From a virus (taxonomy: Duplodnaviria; Caudoviricetes), in the IMG/VR virus record IMGVR_UViG_3300012942_000057, positions 1 through 52,774 of that record: a DNA stretch of 52,774 nucleotides. One strand, given 5' to 3'. Shown here one piece after another: positions 45,847 through 52,774 of this stretch (the stretch's first letter is position 1; each line of letters starts with the position of its first letter). The notes under the pieces are model-generated. The model made no database searches and was not told where the DNA came from. It was given only the letters and a program-made list of their open reading frames with translations. A program made the translations under genes and the position numbers.

Positions 45847-46565
45847 TTCGGATTCTCGCAGTTCTGTCGCTGATGCTGCTCTATGGGCAGGAGGGAGCTT
45901 TTGCGCAGTTCACCGTGCCGATGCACACTGGCGCGCTAGCCGCAGCTCCGGCAACCGGCATCGCCTACGTCACGACCTGCGACTCGGGCGGAAGCGGCGT
46001 AACCAGCGATTCTTGTACTGTCACAGGGGTTCCTGCCGGTAGCGTCATTCTGTTCATGGCGAACGGTAGCGGCGCGGCTATATCTGGGACCGACTCCGCA
46101 GGCGGAACTGTCAGCCAGATCGGGACAAATCAAACATGGGATGCGGGCAGCGCAGTCGCCAATCTTTGGTATGTTGCCAATGCCTCTGCCGGTACCCACA
46201 CACTGACAGCCCATTTTGCCGGATCTGTCAACTTTACCCGCTTTCAGGTGATGGTGTTTTCGGGAGCGAATACATCGTCTCCCATTGACACTTCGGCGAT
46301 CGCAGCCGGCAGCGGCACGGCGGCCAGCAGCGGAAACATGACGACCGCCAATGCGAATGAGATGCTGGTCGGATTTATCGTCGGCACGTCCGCGACAGGA
46401 ATTACGCCTGGTTCGCCGCCGACCTTCACTCTTGTCCAGGCCGGCACTGGCGTTTATTTTGCTGCGGAATATGCCATTGCGGGCACGACCGGAAGCTATG
46501 CGGCGACGGCTGGACTTACGCCCTCAGTGCAGTGGGTGGTATTAGCGGCGGCACTCAAACAATGA
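45843..46565 (+). CDS. beta-sandwich protein with signal peptide
   Basis: [22 protein letters not shown]; ATGA coupling; ends AAALKQ. Confidence 0.75.
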   Translation: MIRILAVLSLMLLYGQEGAFAQFTVPMHTGALAAAPATGIAYVTTCDSGGSGVTSDSCTVTGVPAGSVILFMANGSGAAISGTDSAGGTVSQIGTNQTWDAGSAVANLWYVANASAGTHTLTAHFAGSVNFTRFQVMVFSGANTSSPIDTSAIAAGSGTAASSGNMTTANANEMLVGFIVGTSATGITPGSPPTFTLVQAGTGVYFAAEYAIAGTTGSYAATAGLTPSVQWVVLAAALKQ

Positions 46566-49195
46566 AGAAACTACTTCTCGCTCTTATTCTTTTCCCCCAC
46601 TGTTTGCTGTACGCGCAGACACTCGTAAGCCTGACTGTTTCGCCTACGGGGGCTTCGTTGCAAACTGGAAGCACGATAACGATCACGCCGACGTGTACCT
46701 ACTCCGATAATTCAACGGACAACTGCGCCAACGCGGGCGGCGCGACCTTTACTTCGTCGCGCTTTACCTCCTTGACAGTATCCAGCGGCGGGGTAGCGAC
46801 ACAGGTGAGCGACCCCGGAGCCGGAGCGTCGACCAGCGGCGTGGTGGTTACACAGGCAGGCTCGCTGAAGGCGACGACCTATATCTTCGGCCAGCACCCC
46901 GGAGATACGTGGTATCAGTTTCCCACTCCCGATCTAAATAACTACATCTTCAAGTGGATGATATCGCCGCCAGCGCCCTCTTTGAATGTGGTCGTCGGTT
47001 CCACAGTAACGGTTGGGTCGGCAATTCTCGTCAACAACGCTACGACCGGAACCGGCTCGCAGTTTTCCAAGAGTTGCAACTATAGCTCGTCTGACCCAAC
47101 CAAGGCCACGGTGACGCAGTATGGAATGGTGACGGCGGTAGGCGTCGGGTCGGTGACTATCACATGCGGTCGCGCAGGCGATGCGGTCTTCGGCAACTCA
47201 ACCGACGCAGGGTGGGTTGCCCCAGGCACGACCGTCACGCTAAATGTCGTGAACGGGGGCACGAGTAATCAGACATGGTATGTGCGCCCTGACGGCGGAA
47301 CTCCGTATACGGCAACCAGTACGAATGGGCAATGCACTGGGCTTTCCGATGCGCCTTATCCTGGTACGGTATCTGCGGAGTGGCGTCCGGCGACTGCGTA
47401 CGCTCTTGGCGCTACCATCACTCCGACGAACAGTCTTTACTATCAGACCGTGACCACTGCAGGCACCAGTGGTACCACAACCTATCAACCTACGTGGGGA
47501 ACGACGACGACCGATGGAACCGTTGTCTGGACGCAGGGAGCGGTTTATCCAAAGGATCAGGCTTGCGCATTGGGAAACATTCGCTATTTGTGGTCAGACG
47601 AAACCACGTACCTGCAACATCAATGGATGATCTCGGGAGGAGACACAGTCATTGTGCGGCAGAACCCGAACGGATACGATACGGGAGCCTACGCCCCAGC
47701 ATCGACGCCGTACGCTACGCCGGTCAACTGCGTGGGCAATGAAGGCGAATGCTATATGCCGACAGTGCCGTCCGGAACTGCGGCACAGCACACGCGCATT
47801 CTCGGGGAGAACTATGCGAGCTGCCACTCCGATTCCGCGAAGACCCTGCTGGACGGGACCTGGGGCGCGAGCTTTGTCTTCAATGTAAAGGATTCGCAGT
47901 ATGTCGATATCGCTTGTTTTGAAGTTACGGATCGGGCGGCCTGCGGGGGGAACAGCTTTTTTACCAATACCTGCCATTCTTCGATGAGCTATGCGGCGAA
48001 CGGAATTGTGCAAAGCGCGCTGACATCAAACGTCAACTATACCGATCTTTATATCCATGGACTGAGCAACGGCGGCATTTACGGAGCTACGGGGAAAGAC
48101 ATTGTGGCGGACCATATCACGCTCAGCGGATTGCCGTCGGGCGGCGGCGTCATCGACATGGATGACGACACCTGGAACTCCGGAAATATGTCGGTCGCGG
48201 GCGGTTTTACGATGACCAATTCGCTGACGCAGTTTGGCGGATGCGTCGAGCAATACCCGATTACCCTGGCCTATCCTTTCATTGAGTGCCGTGACCAATC
48301 GACGGCCAACATCAGCCCGGATGGTCTTGGAACTGCCGCGACGACGGGCGATTGGGACTTCGACCACGATATATGGTTCTTTAATTTTCAGGATGGGTTG
48401 GATCTGCTCCACTCCGGAATGCAGTCCTTGACCGTGACCAATTCGCAGAGCATCGCGAACGACGGGCAGGCGTACAAGATCGGATCGGCGGCAAATGTGA
48501 CGATGCGAAACGATTTCGCAGAGGTCAACTGCAATCGCGTCTTGTACGTTATCGGAGACATGCCTGCGAGCGCGATTGTACCCGGCGTGACGCCGTGCCG
48601 AGCTGAAGCGGACGGCATCCCAATGTCGATGACAGATATCGGAGCGTACTACTTCCAGTCCAACACTTATGTAGGGTACAACTCCACACCGTTCGACCTG
48701 ATGTGCGATGGCAACTATGACTATTGCAACCACGCGACTGCGGCGTTTCAGGACGATACTGTGCTTGGCTACTCAGATCCGTTGTGGACGGTAGGCGGCG
48801 GACAGTTGCCTGCATTGTTTTATCTCAACAATGCGAGTTCTGCAAATATGCCTCCATTGACGGGATGGAGCGTACGCGACCACAACAATTTCTACAACCT
48901 GCGGACGGGGGCTTGCCCGAGTACGCTGAACGCAGGCGAGACCTGCACGACGAACCCGGCGTTCACCGGCCAACCCGCTTCTCCTATCTCTGCCGAATCG
49001 CAGTTGGACAACTACAACATTGTGCCGAGCACAGGAAGCCCGCTGCTGGGGGCGGGAACCGGGTATACGGGCATTCCAGCAACCGACATCTTCGGTGTAG
49101 CCCGGCCAGACCCGCCGAGCATTGGGGCTGCCGAGAACCCGTCAACGACGGTGATCTTTAGCGGCGGAGCAATGCTCAGTGGAAAGACGCAATGA
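46562..49195 (+). CDS. secreted-type Ig-like + CBM-like + parallel beta-helix protein (possible depolymerase)
   Basis: [19 protein letters not shown]; Big_2-like YSSSDPTKATV..G.VTAVGVG; TWYVRPDGG; WRPATAY..G; DGLDLLH; SPLLGAG...DIFG..RP. Confidence 0.8.
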   Translation: MKKLLLALILFPHCLLYAQTLVSLTVSPTGASLQTGSTITITPTCTYSDNSTDNCANAGGATFTSSRFTSLTVSSGGVATQVSDPGAGASTSGVVVTQAGSLKATTYIFGQHPGDTWYQFPTPDLNNYIFKWMISPPAPSLNVVVGSTVTVGSAILVNNATTGTGSQFSKSCNYSSSDPTKATVTQYGMVTAVGVGSVTITCGRAGDAVFGNSTDAGWVAPGTTVTLNVVNGGTSNQTWYVRPDGGTPYTATSTNGQCTGLSDAPYPGTVSAEWRPATAYALGATITPTNSLYYQTVTTAGTSGTTTYQPTWGTTTTDGTVVWTQGAVYPKDQACALGNIRYLWSDETTYLQHQWMISGGDTVIVRQNPNGYDTGAYAPASTPYATPVNCVGNEGECYMPTVPSGTAAQHTRILGENYASCHSDSAKTLLDGTWGASFVFNVKDSQYVDIACFEVTDRAACGGNSFFTNTCHSSMSYAANGIVQSALTSNVNYTDLYIHGLSNGGIYGATGKDIVADHITLSGLPSGGGVIDMDDDTWNSGNMSVAGGFTMTNSLTQFGGCVEQYPITLAYPFIECRDQSTANISPDGLGTAATTGDWDFDHDIWFFNFQDGLDLLHSGMQSLTVTNSQSIANDGQAYKIGSAANVTMRNDFAEVNCNRVLYVIGDMPASAIVPGVTPCRAEADGIPMSMTDIGAYYFQSNTYVGYNSTPFDLMCDGNYDYCNHATAAFQDDTVLGYSDPLWTVGGGQLPALFYLNNASSANMPPLTGWSVRDHNNFYNLRTGACPSTLNAGETCTTNPAFTGQPASPISAESQLDNYNIVPSTGSPLLGAGTGYTGIPATDIFGVARPDPPSIGAAENPSTTVIFSGGAMLSGKTQ

Positions 49196-49221
49196 ATCTA
49201 GCGACACAAAAGGAATGGTAA

Positions 49222-52200
49222 ATGAAGAAAATTTTAGCGCTGCTGTGCTTTATCGTAGCCGTAACCGCGCCTTGCGTCGGGCAGAACCAGGTGAACCCGG
49301 CCTCGCAGGTGCGCTGGCCGGCAGTCACCGGAGTCGTCGATCCCGCGCCTCCGACATGGGCATGCGCGCCCGCCAACTACGGACAGCCGTACACCAACAC
49401 CGCCAGTGGCGACAATTTCGTGTGCGCGGCGGCTGGGTGGGTGAAGGTGTCCAGCAGCGGCGAGGGAACTGTGATCGCCTCCCCGCAGTTTCGCATGTTC
49501 CTTCAGCCAAGTGCCGGAACTCAGGCGACGGCGCAGGGGGCGGCGATAGGCCAAAACGGCGTCGCCCCCATGATGCAAGGGCAGATAAACAGTGACCTCT
49601 ACGCCACCGGCAGCGGCGGAAACGGCGTCAGCAACGCGCTCGCCAGCAGCGATTGCACCGTAGTGGGCTGCCTTCTCAACCGTCCGCAGACTTCGACCGA
49701 CACCGAGAATATCTGGAGTTTGTTGAATAGCGCATCCGAGTATACCCATGCGACCGACTCGAAATACGGTGCTTTCAGCAACTACTTCTGGAACGCGGGA
49801 CTGAACCAGAGCGGCGTGGTAGAGCGCGACGCGAACCCCAATGTCTGCTTCTGGAAGGACCAGTTACAGCAACTGCAAAGCAATATGAACTGCCGCCCGA
49901 CCTACAGCACCTATTCGAGCTTCGGAAGATACGGGCAGGGATCGATCCCCGTCAGCGAGGCAGAAGACAGCATCTACGGCATGTTCGGTCGCGGCATCGG
50001 GCAGCTTCACGGCGGCAGGTTCTATGCCTACAGCGTCGGTGACAAGGCGCTCCAGGAACAGTATATGTACTACCGGGGCGGCACGATCCAAGGCTCCGAT
50101 GAGGGCGACGAGGGCGTCTACATCGGCATGGTGGAGGACACCCCGCCGAGCGGGGTGGTGACGACCGGAGGAACGGGAACGACCGACATCACGGTCAACT
50201 TCACGGCAAGTGCCGGGCACCAGGCCGACGGCCATATACTGATGGACACGCAAAGTCCTGAAACGTCGGGGTTGATCGTATCGCAGACGGTTGGATCGGC
50301 CAACCTGCCCAACACCGCGACCACCAGCGACACCCATGCGGTCAATACGGGCTATGCCGTGACCACGGCGAGTTGCGGCACCTATACGGCGCGGAACAAT
50401 CCGACCGTTTCGACATGCGCCATCACCGGGCTTGTGGGCGCGTTTACGGCCGGGCCTGCGTGCGTCGCCGACTGGAAAAACCCGGAGCAGATCAGGATCA
50501 CGGCCACCGCGTCCGGCACGATTACTGCCGGATTCACGCTGGTCCATCCTGCCGGAACCGCGATCGAGCAGGGAGGGCTTTGCGGCGACTACGTCGTGAT
50601 GGGCAACGGCAGCAGCACGCCGCTGGCCGCGCCGATCACTGCCGTGACCAGTTACGCGATCGTCGGCTCGCCGACCGCGACCACCTTCGACTATGTTGTG
50701 GTGTACAAGTCCGGGCAGGACGGAAAGCTGCAAATCCGCGTGCCGTCGCTGCCGACCGAGACGATTCGCGGCACAATCACGCGCAACTCGAACGTCGTCA
50801 GCATCACGAACCCGGGCGGCAATACGGCGTTTGCTTACAACGGCTACGTCGCTCCTTCGGCGGCGGCGATCACCGTATCGGGCGCGACGCCTTCGGACCT
50901 GAACGGGACCGTGACGGGAACGGTGGTGACCCCCAGCACGATGACGTGGAACCAGACCGGAGCGAATGAAACCGGCAGCGGCGGCACGATCAGCGTGGCC
51001 GGGCTGAACAACTACTTCGCCTATTGCGGAGCTGAGACGGTCGGAGATCCGGGCGTACTGTTGAGCAGCACATCGCAGACCGCGCAGACGGGAGAGCTTT
51101 ACCTGGAGCCGAACCATTGTTCGTGGGCGGCCAATGACAGCGTGGTGCAGCCTAATTTCTACTCGCAGTCGCTCACGGCGCAGCGGACGATTTTGAGCGG
51201 ATTCACCCCTGATATTCAAGGCGGCGGATCAATGGCCCCGTCCCTGCTGGAGGTGAGCGGAGCCGCCTACAGCGGACAGACATTGAACTATGTTCAGGAT
51301 TTAGACCTCCCCGCCCAGTATCAGGGCTACGGCGGAACCTTTGTGCCCCACAAATACTTCAACAGCACGGACATATATGACAACCTGTTCAACCTGAGAT
51401 ACGCGCCGGCGAACGGGAAGACGCTTTTCACGATCGGATGCGATCCGGGAGGGTGCAGCTCCAACAACTATGATTGGACTGTCTTTCAGCTTACCGGGAC
51501 CAGCGGGTCTAACTACTTCGATTTCAGTCCCGCGAACAACTACTTCTACGTCGCGAACTCCGGCCTTTTGAGCGGCACCTACATGGGGGCGCAGTCAGCC
51601 ATCGGTGTAAGCGGGCAAGTGAGCCACGGCTTCGTGCTGCCCGGAACGGCGGCACCCTACACCTTCTACTTCACCGCAGTGGGGCAGTCGAACACGACGG
51701 CGGTGCTTGGCACTGGAACGCCCGGCGATTCGAGCGGCACGCTGGGCATGAAGACGCTGGATTCGGCCAACATCGTGGCCGGAGCGCCCGCGCCCGCCAA
51801 CTTCACGGTCTTCAACGGCGGGACCAGCGGCTCGACGACCTACACGTATGCCTGCACCGCAGTGACTGCCAACGGCGAGTCGACGGCGGGGACGGGTACG
51901 ACGGCGACCGGCAATGCCACGCTGAGCGCGACGAACTACAACTCAATTGCGTGCGCGGGCGTGCCCGGAGCGCAGAGCCTGAACATCTACCGCACGTCCG
52001 GAGGCGCGACGCAGGGCAAGATCGGGAGCGCGCCCAATGGAAACACAAACAACAATGCGGTGGTTCAATTTCAGGATACGGGGCTGGCGGGGGACGGGAC
52101 TTCACCGCCGGGAGCGAATACGACGGGCAGATTTACGGGATACGGTTCGACGGCGAACTTTACCATCGGCGGGTCGCCGATCTGCACCGTGGCCAGCGGC

Positions 52201-52774
52201 TGCGGGGGTTCGATGGTCTATCCGGGCGCGGGCGTCGCGGTGTCGACGGGAAGCGGATGGGGGACGTCGATTGCGGCGGCGAATATACCGCTGCTGAACG
52301 CAAGCAATACGTTTACTGGGACGGCGAATACCTTTAATGGGATTTTGAATATAAATTACGGCTCTTCCCTTGTGATGTTGTCAACCCCCGCAACCTCGGC
52401 ATCCCCTCTTGTCGATAGCGACATCTTCAACATTCATGGAAGCTATTGGGATGGAATCTCGGCACAGGATACCTTCTGGACAATTCAGAACGTAATGTCC
52501 AATTCGTCCAATCCGACCAGTACGCTTACATTCTCTCCACCGACCTCTAATCCGCCAGGAGGATTCTCTGTAGCCGTTCCAGCGTTGCAGATCACTAAAA
52601 ATCTCGTCAACAATGTCGGTATGCAGATGGCCAGCGGGGCGGGCTGCGCGATCACGGCTGGCGCCGTCGGCAACACTTGCACAGGCTCGATCACGCTGCC
52701 CGTGGCGGAACCGGATACGTCGTACTCGATCACCGGATGCTCGGTGGTGAACCCTTCCGACGGCGCTGTGACGG
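49222..52774 (+). CDS. large fibre/receptor-binding-like protein with signal peptide, truncated by the window end
   Basis: Absent from the ORF track because no stop falls in the window; MKKILALLCFIVAVTAPCVG-QNQVNPASQVRWP; shares its N-terminal module and a repeat with 43090; ends TLPVAEPDTSYSI. Confidence 0.8.
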   Translation, partial: MKKILALLCFIVAVTAPCVGQNQVNPASQVRWPAVTGVVDPAPPTWACAPANYGQPYTNTASGDNFVCAAAGWVKVSSSGEGTVIASPQFRMFLQPSAGTQATAQGAAIGQNGVAPMMQGQINSDLYATGSGGNGVSNALASSDCTVVGCLLNRPQTSTDTENIWSLLNSASEYTHATDSKYGAFSNYFWNAGLNQSGVVERDANPNVCFWKDQLQQLQSNMNCRPTYSTYSSFGRYGQGSIPVSEAEDSIYGMFGRGIGQLHGGRFYAYSVGDKALQEQYMYYRGGTIQGSDEGDEGVYIGMVEDTPPSGVVTTGGTGTTDITVNFTASAGHQADGHILMDTQSPETSGLIVSQTVGSANLPNTATTSDTHAVNTGYAVTTASCGTYTARNNPTVSTCAITGLVGAFTAGPACVADWKNPEQIRITATASGTITAGFTLVHPAGTAIEQGGLCGDYVVMGNGSSTPLAAPITAVTSYAIVGSPTATTFDYVVVYKSGQDGKLQIRVPSLPTETIRGTITRNSNVVSITNPGGNTAFAYNGYVAPSAAAITVSGATPSDLNGTVTGTVVTPSTMTWNQTGANETGSGGTISVAGLNNYFAYCGAETVGDPGVLLSSTSQTAQTGELYLEPNHCSWAANDSVVQPNFYSQSLTAQRTILSGFTPDIQGGGSMAPSLLEVSGAAYSGQTLNYVQDLDLPAQYQGYGGTFVPHKYFNSTDIYDNLFNLRYAPANGKTLFTIGCDPGGCSSNNYDWTVFQLTGTSGSNYFDFSPANNYFYVANSGLLSGTYMGAQSAIGVSGQVSHGFVLPGTAAPYTFYFTAVGQSNTTAVLGTGTPGDSSGTLGMKTLDSANIVAGAPAPANFTVFNGGTSGSTTYTYACTAVTANGESTAGTGTTATGNATLSATNYNSIACAGVPGAQSLNIYRTSGGATQGKIGSAPNGNTNNNAVVQFQDTGLAGDGTSPPGANTTGRFTGYGSTANFTIGGSPICTVASGCGGSMVYPGAGVAVSTGSGWGTSIAAANIPLLNASNTFTGTANTFNGILNINYGSSLVMLSTPATSASPLVDSDIFNIHGSYWDGISAQDTFWTIQNVMSNSSNPTSTLTFSPPTSNPPGGFSVAVPALQITKNLVNNVGMQMASGAGCAITAGAVGNTCTGSITLPVAEPDTSYSITGCSVVNPSDGAVT

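Noticed and set aside
1-52774. Stop-codon reassignment; integrase/repressor lysogeny module
   Set aside because: Genes are full length under the standard code and use all three stops; no integrase or CI-like gene is visible, so lifestyle cannot be decided from this partial genome

Overview
The window is a contiguous, GC-rich segment of a tailed dsDNA phage with a contractile (myovirus-type) tail. The leftward arm (1-6209) carries small early ORFs, a metallophosphoesterase, a FliA-like sigma factor and a primase-helicase. An AT-rich, repeat-flanked putative origin follows (6304-6609). The rightward arm has a structured non-coding cluster with tRNA-Pro(TGG), then terminase, scattered lysis genes, head genes (MuF, DUF1073-type portal, DUF2213 protease/scaffold, DUF2184-type capsid), neck, sheath/tube, frameshifted chaperone, tape measure and baseplate. 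It ends in fibre-like genes, the last of which runs off the window. The most unusual signals are: (1) four consecutive Cys-rich fibre/adhesin-like genes in the tail-fibre position that all begin with Sec-type signal peptides ending at Gln; (2) head-region mosaic 'polyproteins' made of small modules separated by a shared [KR]-small-x-D motif also found in the portal, scaffold and capsid N-terminus; (3) an early Tat-signal protein carrying a copy of the baseplate-J N-terminal helices; (4) an array of structured RNAs upstream of terminase and several leaders with anti-Shine-Dalgarno elements. All family calls come from motif recognition by eye; no database search was run.
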